NCBI RefSeq assembly: GCF_009914755.1
Contig: NC_060934.1
Reading direction: 5' to 3' (one strand)
DNA from: the human T2T-CHM13v2.0 reference genome, Homo sapiens
DNA length: 64,000 nt
The notes under the pieces were generated by a model. It was given only the letters and a program-made list of their open reading frames with translations, was not told where the DNA came from and searched no databases. The translations under genes were made by a program, and so were the position numbers. This document shows, piece by piece, positions 1 to 14,574 of the stretch (position 1 is the stretch's first letter; each line of letters opens with the position of its first letter).

Positions 1-1369
1 CCCTTTTCACGTATACTTTCTGAGCTTCCCTAAGAAGCTCACTTAGGGGATGGTCTTCCCAATTATCTATCTTTTTTAACTTTTTTGAAACGTCTGGCCA
101 ACTTTTAGTGACAAATTGGAGTTTCAATATTCCTTGCCCAAGGGGATCATCCAAATTGAGGCCTGCATATTGCCTCATTTGCTCCCTCAGTCTGTCTAGG
201 AATCTCATAGGCCCTTCATCCTTTTCCTGTTGTATATCAAATGCTTTAGAAAGATTTCAGGTTCAGGGTACTGATTCCCGAATTCCTTTTATTATTATCT
301 CCCTTAGGTCCTGCATATTTTCCCAGTGATCTGCATTGTCATTGTCCCACCAGGGGTCTTGGGAGGTGAATTTCTGGTCCATGGTAGGGACATTTATACC
401 GGGAGGGTGCTCACATTCCCAAACTACCATAGCGGCCCTATGAATCATACTCCTTTCTTCTCCCTGAAAAGAGGATGCCTAAGATGGACATTAACTTGAC
501 CCAAGTGTATAACTGAGGGCCTAAGAATTGGTCAGTTTGGTCTGCCACTCTGTAAGGGTTATCTAGTAGCAGTTTAAGCTCCTTTTTTAAAATTCCAGAC
601 TTCTGAACTGGTTAAGGGAGCATTTACAAAGCCAATTGCCCCCGCTTCTTGTAGTACCTCTTTCAAAGGGAAGAGGGTCGGGGCTGACCTCTTAGGTACG
701 GAGGGGAATGGGAAATTCTGAATATCTTTTTTACATTGTTCTACCTGACGCTGGAGTCCTTTTAGAGAGGAGTCTTTAGGTTGGGAGGGGAACAGGCTGG
801 TGGAACAGTAATTCCCAAGAGTCGGGGTTATAAGGAGGAGGGATAACGTGAGTGGAGGGAGAATTTGGAATGGGATCTGTGGTGGCAGTGGCTGTCTGAG
901 GGGAAAGATTGGGGACACTGAGTGGGGGAAGGTAGCCTAGGGGATCCCATGTGCTGGAGTCTTTAGGCATGAAAGCTGGCTCCTCTGACTTTTCATTTTG
1001 AGATGCCAGATTGGGTTCTTCCCAATTTGTTTTTAAGGGAAAAAGGAGGGCAGGTCCTTGCCTCCAACAAAGAGCATAGCCTAGTTCTTCTTGAGACACT
1101 GGACTTTTATCATTAATATATCAGATTAGAAGCTGAGACATTACATCCTCATTCGACCTAAACTTTGGCTGAAAGATTGAGGGTTTAAGGATGGGTCCCT
1201 GAGTCCAAATAAAACAGCAATATTTTATCATTTGTTGCTTTTTCCTATGTTTAGTCCTTTCTTTATCCTTCCAGTGTTTTAGCATGAGACCTAGGGGGGT
1301 ACCTGGGGTGATATCTTTGTTACCATCTTTATCCCCTTTGTTACCTGTCTTGCTTGGGGTGTTTCCCAT
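1..1369 (-). pseudogene. Degenerate gag of a HERV-I/HERV-IP10-type provirus (continues beyond the left edge)
   Basis: Minus-strand ORF fragments in shifting frames: MGNTPSK (myristoylation-type start, ATG at 1369), PPPY late domain (VIPPPYNP), capsid-like GFVNAPLTSSEV and DLREIIIKGIRESVP; stops and frameshifts between them. Confidence 0.85.
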
Positions 1370-1394
1370 CTTGATGGTTTTGGGGTAAGGTTCA

Positions 1395-1600
1395 AGGTTC
1401 AATTTCCCTTACTGGAAATTTCTTACCTTTTGGGGTGAGGCTCAATTTCCCCCACTGGAAATCTCTTGCCTTTTGGGGTGAGGCTCAACTTCCCCCACTG
1501 GAAATTTCTTGCCTTTTGGGGTAAGGCTCAACTTCCCCCACTGGAAATTTCTTGCCTTTTGGGGTGAGGCTCAATTTCCCCACTGGTAATTTCTTGGCCT
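1395..1600. repeat. 43-bp tandem repeat (~4.5 copies) in the proviral leader
   Basis: Unit TTTTGGGGTGAGGCTCAATTTCCCCCACTGGAAATTTCTTGCC recurs at 1428, 1471, 1514, 1557. Confidence 0.9.
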
Positions 1601-1672
1601 TTCTACTACTGGAGGTTCGTGTGAGGTTCAATTCCCCCCAATGGGGATGTCTCGCATCTTTTTAACCTCTAA

Positions 1673-2066
<394 letters not shown>

Positions 2067-2315
2067 CACCAAGGAAATACTTTACCAGCTCCCATGGCTT
2101 CTCCTTCCTTGGTCTGTGCACAGAGTTGTCGCCACAGTATGTGAGGATCCTTTAAGCTAGGTCGCTGGCCAGTTTTTTTTTTCTGCATTGCTGAGAGCTT
2201 GGGTTATTCCTCACACTGGGTGGGCCTTGATTTCTCACCCCTGAGGCCGCCACAAGGGGGCAGGGCACACCTCCTCACGAGAGAGAACCAGAGAGTGTCC
2301 CCAGAGGGGAATGTA

Positions 2316-2333
2316 ATCATGGGCGAGCCCCCA
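2316..2333 (-). other. Primer-binding site, tRNA-Pro-like
   Basis: Minus strand TGGGGGCTCGCCCATGAT, 3 nt from the LTR end; resembles the Pro PBS TGGGGGCTCGTCCGGGAT. Confidence 0.8.
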
Positions 2334-2336
2334 AAT

Positions 2337-2942
2337 TGTTATATATAAAGTTTCAGTGCCACAAAAGAAATAGCACTCGAATATAAAATTTTCTTTTAAT
2401 TCTCAGCAAGGCAAGGTACTTCTATAGAAGGGTGCATCCTTACAGATGGAGCAATGGTGAGGGAACACTTGGACAAGGGAGGGGAAGGGGTGCTTATCCC
2501 TGATGCACGTGGCCCCTGCTGCTGTGTCGTTCCCCTACTGGCTAGGGTTAGACCACACAGGCTAAACCAATTCTGACTGGCAGAATTGGTGACAGGGTGA
2601 GTGGCAGAAGAAGTCAGAAACAATTCTGACTGGCAGAAGAGAGTGACAGGGTGAGTGGTTTGGTGGGAAATATGGTTATGACAGAGCAGGTAATCAGAAT
2701 GAGTCGGGGTAGAGTAGGTAATTGGAATGAGTCAAGGTGGAGCAGGTAATGGGAATGAGTCAGGGTGGAGTAGGTAATTGGAATGAGTCAGGGTGTAGCA
2801 GCTGATTGAAAGGAGTCAGAGTGGAGCAGGTAATCAAAAAAGGTTGCTTTATGAGGAAGTTAAGTTTAAAAGTAGAAGGCAAAGAATTGAACATACTGGC
2901 ATACTGATTCTTTGAAAAGAAATTTAGAACTCATATCCAACA
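2337..2942 (-). mobile_element. 5' LTR, LTR10A/LTR10F-like
   Basis: TG...CA termini; starts TGTTGGATATGAGTTCTAAATTTCTTTTCAAAGAATCAG as in LTR10; internal 28-bp VNTR; followed by PBS and gag. Confidence 0.85.
2684..2835. promoter_or_regulatory. 28-bp VNTR carrying AP-1 motifs within LTR10
   Basis: Perfect TGAGTCA at 2728, 2756, 2784; variant copies at 2700 and 2812; exact 28-bp period. Confidence 0.85.
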
Positions 2943-3442
2943 TAAGTTACATTTACTGGTCTGTTATAAAGGATATTATAAGGAATGCAGATGAACAGCC
3001 AGATGAAGAGATACATAGTGTGAGGTGTGGTGGGGCAAAGCTCTCACATCCTCTCTGGGTGTGCATCCTCCCTCACTAGCACCTGCAAGTGTTCAGCAAC
3101 CTCCATGTGTTCCACAACAAGGAAGCCCATCAAGTCTTGCTCAAGAGTTTTTATAGAGCTTGATCTCCACCCTCCCCGACTCCTACCTGCATCTCTGCCC
3201 TTTCCAGAGAGTGGTAGGTAGAGCTGAAAGCTCTAACTCTCTAGTCCTCTTATCACTTGGTCTTTCCAGTGACTGGCCCTATCCCAACTAATCTCATTAG
3301 CATAAACTGAAGAGTCATCACAGGGGCTCATTAAGAGTAACAAAAGATACTCCTATCATTCAGGAAATTCCAAGTGTTTTAGGAGCTCTATGACAGGAAT
3401 GTCGGACAAAGACCAAATAAGTATATTTCATATTATGCCACA
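2943..3442. mobile_element. MER21-like LTR fragment (host of the ERV insertion)
   Basis: TTATAAAGGATATT...CAGATGAACAGCCAGATGAAGAGAT resembles recalled MER21 sequence. Confidence 0.55.
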
Positions 3443-3902
3443 GAGGCCAAAGACTGGCATGCCTGCTTGTATTCTTGCTTGTTATACAATTCTAGGTTCT
3501 CAATTCTATTCCTTGAAAGTTTTGAAGGCATTGCTCCACTGACTTTTAGCATCCTATGCTGTGGATAAGAAATCTGACATCAGTCTGATTCTTCTTCGGT
3601 TTTAGGTTGCTTGTCTTTTCTCTTGCCCATCAAACTACCAGAGAAAAGTGGAAATCCCAAGCTACCTTTTCCAAGCAAGACATAATTCCCATCAACATCC
3701 ATTCCTTCTCATTCGCCCTCTACCCACACAGCCTATCACACTGCTTTGTCTCCAGAACAGAAAGAAGCTTGGAGCACCTCTAATTCCTGGGATTCCCAAG
3801 AGGATGCACTTGCTTACCCTTTGGCCACTAAACCACTCATATCCACATCAGAGCCTCCTCAGAGTAGGTATTTAATAAATATGTGTTGAGTAAATCTACT
3901 AG

Positions 3903-4617
3903 ACGCCCCCAATCCTCAGGGAGGCATGTTCCAAGACCCCCAATGGATGCCTGAAACTGTGGATAGCACCAAACCCTGTATACAGAATGTTTTTACCTAT
4001 ACATACATATCTATGATAAACTTTTCATAGAGACAGTAAGAGATTAACAACAATAACCATTAATAAAAGAGGTCAATTATAACAATATGCCAGCTTAACT
4101 ACTCTTGTGCTTTGGGGCCATTATAAAGTAAAATAAGGGTTACTTGAACACAAACACTGAGATACTGTGACAGTCAATTTGATAACCTAGACAGTTACTA
4201 AGTGACTAATGGGCAGGGGGCATTTACAGCATGAATACGCTGGAAGATTCATGTCTCAGGCAAGACAGAGTAGGAAAGCTTGAGATGTCATCATGCTACC
4301 CAAAATGCACCCAATTTGAAACTTATGAATTGTTGCCAAGTGCAGTGCCATGCACCTGTAGTCCCAGCTACTTGAGAGGCTGAGGTGGGAAGATGACTTG
4401 AGGCCAACAGTTTGAGGCTGTAGTGTGCTACGATCACACCTGTGAATCCCCCTGCACTCCAGCCTGAGCAATGTAGCAACACCCCATCTTTTAAAAAGAA
4501 AAATAAAAGTATAAAGTGTTGATTTCTATAATTTTCCATGTAATATTTTTAGACTGTGGTTGACCTCAGGTAACTGTAACCTTAGAAAGTGAATCCACAG
4601 ATAAACAAGGAATACTG
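3903..4617. mobile_element. Tigger2-type DNA transposon (MITE) interrupted by an old Alu monomer (~4336-4510)
   Basis: GTTCCAAGACCCCCAATGGATGCCTGAAAC 5' motif and ...GGAATACTG/TA 3' end; the monomer has 7SL-like CCTGTGAAT...CTGCACTCCAGCCTG. Confidence 0.7.
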
Positions 4618-4944
4618 TAAATGAAACTACAGTACTTGGAGCTAAAAGACCCTCTGGGCTCTTACCTCTCTCCCTTGTTTATCCAGATACAACCCGAAAC
4701 CCAAACTCCCCAGGTTCTCTATTACCATAGTTCTATGGCTACCTTAATCTGATTAATTTTCCACCCTTCCCAAGTCTTCCACCATGACCCCTGGGACTCA
4801 ACTGTAAAATTCCTTCCTCTTTCTACAACCCCAGTAACATTTCAGTGCAGGGGTCAGTCATTCCCTCCTTAGTTATGTCATCTACCACCCATGCCATCCC
4901 TACTACCATCCCTCTCCTTATTGATGATTCTATAGTAATACCTG

Positions 4945-5366
4945 CTGTATTGCTGCTGTGACAAATTATGACACACTTATTGACTTAAAACAATATAAAG
5001 GTATTATCTTACAGTTCTGGAGTCTAAAATGGTTTCAGCCAGGCCATGTTCTGGAGGAGAAGAATCATTTCTGTGCCTTTCTAGCTCCTAGAGGCTGCCC
5101 ATATTCCTTGACCCAAGACCCCACATCACTCCAACCTCTGCCTCCAGGGTCACATCTCCTTCTCTGACTCTAACCCTATTGCCTCACTCTTATTAAGACC
5201 CTTGTGATTAAATTCCCTCTCCTCCTTCCAGGTAAAGCCAGGATAAACTTCCCATCTGAAAATCTTTAACTTAATCACATATGCAAAGTCCCTTTTGCTG
5301 TGTAAAGTAACATTCTCAAGTCCTGAGGATTACAACATCTTTAGGGGACCAATATTGTGCTTACCA
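4945..5366 (-). mobile_element. MLT1-type MaLR LTR
   Basis: GCTGTGACAAATTA...CTTACAGTTCTGGAG and TTAATCACAT..GCAAAGTCCCTTTTG motifs. Confidence 0.65.
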
Positions 5367-6044
5367 CGCCCAGCTTTTCCTTCCACCCTGGCAGTGTCAC
5401 CATTCTCTGCTTGAAGATCCTTCCAACACCTAGACCTCTCAGCTATTTGTTCTGTATAATTATCTCTTCCTCTATTGTACCTCACTCACCTATCCCTCGG
5501 TCATACCCAAGATCTTGCCATTACCAACAACTACACTTCTTCCAAAATCTGAATTTCAGACATCTAATTTTTGTTTTTACTGCAACCTCATTTCATTGAA
5601 ATCACCAGCTCAAGCAATTATACAAATTTGAAAATGTCCAATCCACCCACCAAACCAGCTTTTACTTTCTCTCATCCTTCTCCCCTCCATTCTGACCCAG
5701 ACTAGACCTGTGGTCCATCATTGTAATTCCTCCCTTGAAAATCCTTAATTTGGTGGCCCTTTTTGCCCACCAATGCACACACCTAAAAAAGCCCTGTCCC
5801 TGGTTAAATAAATAAAGCCATTTAAATTCTTGTAGAGGTGGACAACAGGGGAAGGGCAAGCCTCTGAGACCATCTTAGAAGAGTACACAATATAATAAAC
5901 GCAAAGTGACCAATGTACTAGTAATGTCTGCCCAGAGTGGAACTCAATCACCCATAACTATGATTAAACTACTCTTTTGGCCTACTTGCGGTACTATTGC
6001 TAAAATGGTGTAACCTAATAGCTAACAAACTCATCATTATTATC

Positions 6045-6513
<469 letters not shown>

Positions 6514-7343
6514 GATCCATGCAGTTCCCACACTTGTGCATCTCTGATCATGTGGCTCAGAACTGAAATGTCCAGATGACAGTGCTTTATTACAAGCACA
6601 CCCACCATTCCAGTAAATCTAAAGAAGTCTAGTGCTAAAATATATGAAATTTTTTAACTAAAAAGATTTTCATTTTTTTTAAATTATCAGTGTGCTTGAC
6701 ACTTAAAACCGACATATAAGGTAATATAAAATGAGTGCTTTCCACCCATAAGCATTTATGTACTAAAAAGATAAGCAAGGCAAGATGTAAAACATAGAAG
6801 TTAAAAATGAAAATAGTGTTGGGGCTGCTATTTGACAAGAACATTTTCAAACATGGCAGGTGAACTTCAACAGGGACTGATACCAAATAATTCACTCTGA
6901 AAATAAATATATAATCTATATTTACAGAGTAATGAGCTCAGAACCATCTGTTATAAACCAGTAAGGAAGACATTATAAACTACTGAAATGAGACACTAAT
7001 TCAATATGATAGAGGGTGGAAAAAGTGAGACATTAACAAAAGCAGACTACAAATAGAATATAAGAAGGTATCCTAGACCACATAGTATCTATAATGTATA
7101 AAGATCTATTTTATTCACCTCAAGAAAGATAATTGAATTTATAAAAAGAAAAAACAGAGAGAGGGGTAACTAAAAATCATGAAATGAGACTCTGGTTGTT
7201 TAACTCTGAATACCAATAATAAAAGTAATAAATATTAGCAATTATCATGCACGTACTGTATTTAGAAATCTAATCCATGTTATTTCATGTAATCATCATA
7301 GGAATCTCATGAGACACATGTTACAGTCTTCATCTTATAGATG

Positions 7344-7724
7344 ATGCATTAGTCTGCTCAGGCCGCTGTAACAGAATACCACAGACTGGGTGATTTAAAC
7401 AATATACATTTATTTTTCTCACAGTTTGGGAAGCTAGAAGTCCAAGATCAAGGTGCCAGCCAGGTTGGTTCCTGGTGAAAGGTCTTTTCCTGTCTTATAG
7501 AAGGCCAACTTCTCACTGTGTCTTCACATGGCAGAGACAGAGAGAGATCTCTGGTTTCTCTTCATCTTCTGATAAGGACACCAGTTCTATTGGATCAACC
7601 CCCAACCTTATGATCTCCTTTAACCTTAATTCTATCCTTGGAGACCCCATCTCCAAATTCAGTCACATTGGGGGTTAAGGTTTCAATATATGAGTTGTCT
7701 GGGGGACACAATTCAGTCCACAAC
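7344..7724 (-). mobile_element. MLT1A-type MaLR LTR
   Basis: TTAGTCTGCTCAGGC..GCTGTAACAGAATACCACAGACTGGG; GGGGACACAATTCAGTCCA end. Confidence 0.7.
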
Positions 7725-7744
7725 AGATGAGAAACTTGAGATCT

Positions 7745-9060
7745 ACTCCTCTACCCTACCCTGGTCCCTGGGAGGCTGACCCCTGGGAACTGTATTGTCC
7801 TAGCTCCTTCTGTGTTAGAGTTGGGTTCAGCCATCAGGAGGAAATTAGAGGGTGAGAGGTTGAGATATTTATCCCTTTGGTTCCCATCCTGCCATGCCAT
7901 GGTTGAATGGTGGCTATGGCACCTGTTTGGTGATCATTCTCCTATACCTCCAATCCCTGCCAGGATCCACTAACTGTTCCCACCCATTGTTCCTCTAGGA
8001 CCAACATGGTAACGGCTTCCCACTGCTGCTAATTCCAGGGTGCTTTACTATCCGTTCTGTTTCTGTTATCCCAGCATACACATTTGTCAATAGTGATTGT
8101 GTTAGACATTCTTCAATCGCCTCTTTTTGATGTACCATCTGTTTCCTACCAGATGCTAATAAAATAAGTGGTACCCAGGAGAAAAACCTTCAAAATAGGA
8201 TTCTAAAATTGCTCACACATTTGATTAGAGGACAGATCACCTCTTTTGCAGACATGTGGTGCCATCATAATTACCCAAATTGTTACTGGTAGTGACGAGG
8301 GATGAAGTGTAGGTCCAGAGAAATTAATTGGGAGATAATTGTGGCATCTAGTTGCCAAGGCAAAAAGGTGGCACCTGTTTGGTAAGGCAGCAGAGGTCAT
8401 GAGTACATGGCCAAGGAAAACCAAGTGACTTCAGGACCCAGGATCATAAACTGGGTGTTGCCTGATCCTCCAAATCAATAAGATTGGACATTCTCAACAT
8501 TATTCCTTTGTTAACGGAAACAGTATTTACAGGAACAGTCTCAAGCAGGTTTTGAGGACGCAAATAACTGCTTGGGTAAATGCCTGAGACTCTCATGGTA
8601 CCTTTTGTTCCTGCTTTGCCACCTTTTTCTCAACCCAAATCTATGATTTCATGGACCTTTTTCTATTACCAGTTAACCTAAGAGCATAAGCATGGGCCTA
8701 ACCTATAGTTGGGTCTGCATGTTGCTATATTACAGCCCTAACTCAGGGACAGCCTTGAAAGACAGTGATGAAAATAAGTCTTCCCAGTGGGGAAGAAAGA
8801 GCTTAGGAGAAAAGACCATTTGAAAGTTCAATTTGCACTAAAGGAGATAGGGACTAAAATACAGGTCTACACTGACTCTTGGACAGTGGCTACAAGATTG
8901 GCCAACTGGTAAGAATTTGAAAAAACAAGATTGGCATTAGGTGATCTGGGAGAGAGGTATAAATGGACTTATAAAAACTGGCTCAGAATATGGACATATT
9001 TAAGTACCATGTGTATGCCTACTAGAGGACTCTCTCAATAATCAGGTTGATGTGATGTCT
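7745..9060 (+). mobile_element. Ancient ERVL remnant (LTR16/33-like LTR plus decayed internal pol/RNase H sequence)
   Basis: TACAGCCC...GAAAGACAGTGATGAAAATAAGTCTTCCCAGTGGG resembles HERV-L pol; no intact ORF. Confidence 0.5.
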
Positions 9061-9109
9061 TACTGTATCGGTGGTTTTCAAGATGAACTCCAGATTTGAA
9101 GATTCACTA

Positions 9110-9473
<364 letters not shown>

Positions 9474-10083
9474 GATACAAAACAGGATCAATAAAGAAAA
9501 AAATCCCTCCCTACATAGTTCAGAGTTAGGGTTGGCTGCAAGAGAAACTTGATAAGACTTAGGAGGCAGAAGGAAGGCTGAGTAGGTGATGCTCACCATT
9601 GATCATCATTGATCAAGGGCCATAAGGGAAAGACTCAGAGGTGCTAGTGGTTTCCAAGTCATCCCTGCCTGTTCTCGCTCCACATCCAGCTCACCTTCCT
9701 GTCAACCTTGATAGCACCAAGTCTTGTCAGTGAATTTTCTCTGATGCATTTTGGATCTTTACTTCCTCAGATCCTGCCACAATTACATAAGGTTTTATTT
9801 CTCTCATGTATTCCTTATTTCATAATATTAATAGTCCAAATTCTCTGATTAAATCAAAGCTGATACAGGGATTGTGCTTCCTGACTTTCCAGTTCTTGAC
9901 TTAAGTCTTTATGGTACCCAGCTGTACTTCCTACCCTTGGAGTTTGAGATATTTCCCAGTAATAAGTGCTTTCTAATCCATTTCAGATTCCAGGCTATAA
10001 TTTGGTTTCAAATATGCTAGATAGAGATGTCCTCAGATATGTTAGATAGAGATGTCCTAATGTAGTTAGAAATATGATACTGG

Positions 10084-10408
10084 GGCCAGGCACGGTGGCT
10101 CATGCCTGTAATTCCAGCACTTTGGGAGGCCAAGGTGGGCAGATCACCTGGAGTTCAGGGGTTCGAGACCAGCCTGACCAACATGGAGAAACCCCGTCTC
10201 TACTAAAAATACAAAAATTAGCTGGGCGTGGTGACACATGCCTGTAACCCTCCCTACTCAGAAAGCTGAGGCAGGAGAGTTGTTTGAACCCAGGAGGTGG
10301 AGGTTGCGGTGAGGCGAGATCAGGCCATTGCACTCTAGCCTGGGCAACAAGAACAAAACTCCATCTCAAAAGAAAGAAAAAGGAAAGGAAAGGAAAAGGA
10401 AAAGAAAA
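10084..10408 (+). mobile_element. AluSp-like with GAAAA/GGAAA microsatellite tail
   Basis: CCTGACCAACATGGAGAAACCCCG diagnostic; flanking TGATACTG repeated. Confidence 0.9.
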
Positions 10409-10458
10409 GGTGATACTGAAGCACAAGGGATATAGTTATGGAATATTTATCAAGAGGT

Positions 10459-11044
10459 TTTAGGACCCAAGGGAAGATTCTTCCTTCACCCTCTGAAGTT
10501 TTGCCGAAAAATAAGATGACAAAAGGCAGATTAATAAAGAGAAAAGACACACAAGTCTGTTAACACGTATGGGGGAAATCACAGAGTGATAACCCCAACC
10601 CCACAATGGGGTACAAAAGCTTATACATCATCTCCAGGTTACAGAAAGAATGGGGGCTCAGGGTATGGCCAAAAAGAGATTACGGTGGTAAGTCAGGTTA
10701 CAGCGGCAAGACAGGTTATGGGAGAGAGAGAAGAGGAGGGTTGGCTAGCAACAGCGATCCTGTTATGCAGATGTAACTTCATAGGTAGTAGCCTTCAGAG
10801 AGAAAGATGGTAAATGTTTCTTTCAGACCTTTATGGTGCCGGACTCTCAGTCTTTCCTAGATCAGACAAGAGAAGACCTTCGGAGAATGCAGGACTTTAT
10901 CAATGCAGACTTTTTCTACAAATGCTAATCTCTCCCACAAAAGACAGCTTTTTAGCTATTATTTTATTTCCAGCCTTTCTGAATAGTCATCTTGAACAAT
11001 GTCAAGAAAATATATTTGGGGGTGAAATATTTTCATTTCCTTCA
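10459..11044 (-). mobile_element. MER39/MER34-like (MER4-group) solo LTR
   Basis: Minus strand begins TGAAGGAAATGAAAATATTTCACCCCCAAATATAT. Confidence 0.65.
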
Positions 11045-11393
11045 AGATCACAAAATCACCTCAAATAACAACTCACTGATAGAGTCATAGAGGGTAACAC
11101 CAAAAATTTTTCTGATGAGCCTGATATCAGAGTGAATCACAGAAATCCTGTATTCTAGGCCAGTGCTCCTCAGCCTTTTTTTATTATTGCTTCCCTAGGA
11201 ATTCATTTCAGATGCTTTTGCCTGATTCCCTCCCCCATGACATCTTAATGTCATAGCTTTACTAGCACATGTGCTGTCTGCATATCCATGCATTATATAT
11301 TAAAAGAGAGATTTTTTTTAATCCCTCAAGCACCAGCTTTTGCCTCCATCGCATGTTCTAGACCCAGATCTACCATTTACCTTGCTATGTTTT

Positions 11394-11811
11394 TGATATA
11401 GTTTGTATATTTGTCCCCACCCAAATCTCATGTTGAACTATAATTCCCGTTATTGGAGGAGGGGCCTGGACAGAAGTGACTGGATCATGGGAGTGGATTT
11501 CTCTTGAATGGATTAGCACTATCCCCTTGGTGCTGTCCTTGAGATAGTGAGTTCTCAGGAGATCTGGTCATTTAAAAGTGTGTGGCCCTTCCCCGCCAAC
11601 TCTCTCTCTCTTGCTCTTCCTTTTGCCATGTGATGTACCTGCCCCTCTTTGCCTTCTGCCATGATTGGAAGCTTCCTGAAGCCTCCCCAGAATCAGATGC
11701 CACTATGCTTCCTGTATAGCCTGCAGAATCATGGGCCAATTAAACCTCTTTTCTTATAAAATACCCAGCCTCGGGTATTTCTTTATAGCAGTGCAAGAAC
11801 AACCTAATACC
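11394..11811 (+). mobile_element. MST (MSTA/MSTB) MaLR LTR
   Basis: TGATATAGTTTG...CCCAAATCTCATGTTGAA start; ATTAAACCTCTTTTC...TTTATAGCAGTGCAAGAACAACCTAATAC end. Confidence 0.85.
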
Positions 11812-12920
11812 TTTTTCTTAAGAAAAGCTACTACAATTTCTGAGTGTTGGTTTCCTCTTGGAAGACTGACCAGAAAGCATGACACTAGTCTCAATTTTCT
11901 GCCAATATCTGTCCCTCCACAGATACTACCCCACTAATGACCTTGTCCTTTGGCCCACTTACAGCATTTAGTTGCACATATGTGAGGGGTATATATTGTC
12001 AGTTAGGTGAATGCAAAATTGAGCTACATTTTTCTTTAAACTGCCATCGATGTCATTTTCAAGGCCCCAGTCAGTTTAGAGCAGACAGCCTATTTATTCC
12101 ATTTTGCAAGCTCAGAACAGTCTGACAATTTGTCTGTCAGTTTCAGGATTTATTACCATCAGTCACATTGGAGTTCAAAGTCCTTTCTCCTCTCCTGGGC
12201 CACAACTGGATTAGAAACATTTACATTAAACAGGAGGGGAAAAAGTGTAGCTTCTCTGTCCTTCCACTCTACCTCTTAGTCATTGCATTGTCATGCAGCT
12301 GCCGTTCAGCAAAATCTAAAGGGAGTAGTCCCCATGGCTTCATTGTCTTTCTGTGGCTGGCAGGATATAACTTTTGAAGTTGGCACAGTTTGATCTCTCA
12401 CCCAAGCAGAGTCAAATGGCTCTGCCTTGTCATACACTAAATGGTCTGTTGGTGCCCATCTGGGCATCTCACCCACACATACTTCTAGTGTCGCCTCACT
12501 ACTGAGCAGCATCTCGAAGGGTGCAGACAAGCAGGTGCGTGCTCACAATCACATTCTTGTGTTTATCTAGACCTTAGGGATTCCAAGGGAAAACAAGGCC
12601 AAGATGGGGAAGATCTTGTAACTTTCCTACCTGCTCTGTTGTCTGCCACTTAGCAACCACATGAGAAGCAGGTGCCAATTGGTCCCTACATTCAGAAACA
12701 TCTGCAACCTTTCAGGAAGAAGCACCTTCCCTTTGTTGGGAGACTCCATCAGGGAGGGCAGAGGTTAAAGCCCCAGCAAACTCCCTTTCCAACTCTGTTT
12801 CATTCATACCACATCTTCTGATGGGAAAGCATAGTAGGGCAAGGTGAGAGCATTTATTTTAACTGAAAGTAAATAAAATATTTTATCTTTTGTCCTGGCT
12901 CTGAGTTTTCTCCACTATAA

Positions 12921-13379
<459 letters not shown>

Positions 13380-14574
13380 TACTTATTTATTTTTAAAGAC
13401 AGCATCACCCTATGTTGCCCAGGCCGGCCTTAAGCTCCTGGGCTACCTCCCCAGTAACTGGGACTACATGCATGTGCCACCATTCCCGGCTTGTCCTTTT
13501 CTCTATCCTACACTCTAAGAACTTAGAAGCAGAGAACTTAACAATTAAACACTTCAAACTAAGTTTTATGTATCTACTTCCCCTCACTTGTATCTCTCCC
13601 TGTATCCTATTGCTAAATTAATGATAAAATTATCCACCCAGTTCAGAAGGATTACTCAGGGAGCCTTCCTCATTCTTATCAGCTATATTTGACCGACCAT
13701 TCAATCCTGCAAACTCCACTTCAGCAATATATCTCTGTCATAAACCCCTCTGTGTCTTTCTACTGGCTTAATTCCAGCCTTTATTGCCTTTTGGTTGAAC
13801 AACTACAATAAATTCCTAATTGGTCTCCTGGTCCATGGAACCTCTCCCTTCCTACACTGCCACAAGAGCATATATTTCCCAATGATATGACCAGATTCCT
13901 CCCCTGCTTCAAAATATTTGACCCCTGTGGAAACAACAATACAAGCCCTTTACTTGAGAAAGGAAAATATGAAATCAGACATTTTTCTTCCAATATGGAG
14001 AGAATAAGCTTTAATAGGAATCTTGAAGAAAGCTTGAGTCATTGACTTCAAGATCTTTATTCTGGTACTGTGTTGTAAATCCTTTCTCTTTGCTGATAAC
14101 AGAAGCTCTAGAAAAAAAGACTATCACTGAAGGAGCCAAACAGAAAACCTATTTGCTAGCTAATAAAATTGGGCATAGATCAAAATAAAAATTAAACTGA
14201 TCATGCTTGATCTGTTCAGTTTCGTGAGATTTCTCTAGTGTTTTCCTGCCATTTTCAGCGTAAAGAGATAAGAATTGTGTTGCTGCCAGACTCTTTTATT
14301 ATCCACATAGAAGGCAAGTCTTTATATTTGTCAAGGTTTACATGATTAGGAATCATAAATCACAATTAACTACTGCTTAGGAGATAAAGGTTCATGAATT
14401 TTGCATGTTGTTAATCACCTTATCACCCTTTCAGGGTTTTAATCTGCTCTTTCTTCATGGTATTAAGTTATCACATTATATTTTTTCTATGTTCTGTCTC
14501 TACCAGAAAGTAAAGCCACAGAGCAAGGACTTTATTTTGTTAAAATAGTGGTAGCACACACGGGTTTAATTCAT

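Noticed and set aside
1395-1600. CRISPR-like appearance of the 43-bp, 28-bp and 52-bp arrays
   Set aside because: Head-to-tail repeats without unique spacers, inside ERV/SVA elements in human DNA; no cas genes
2316-2333. tRNA-like 3' sequences here and at 48429-48446
   Set aside because: 18-nt retroviral primer-binding sites, not tRNA genes
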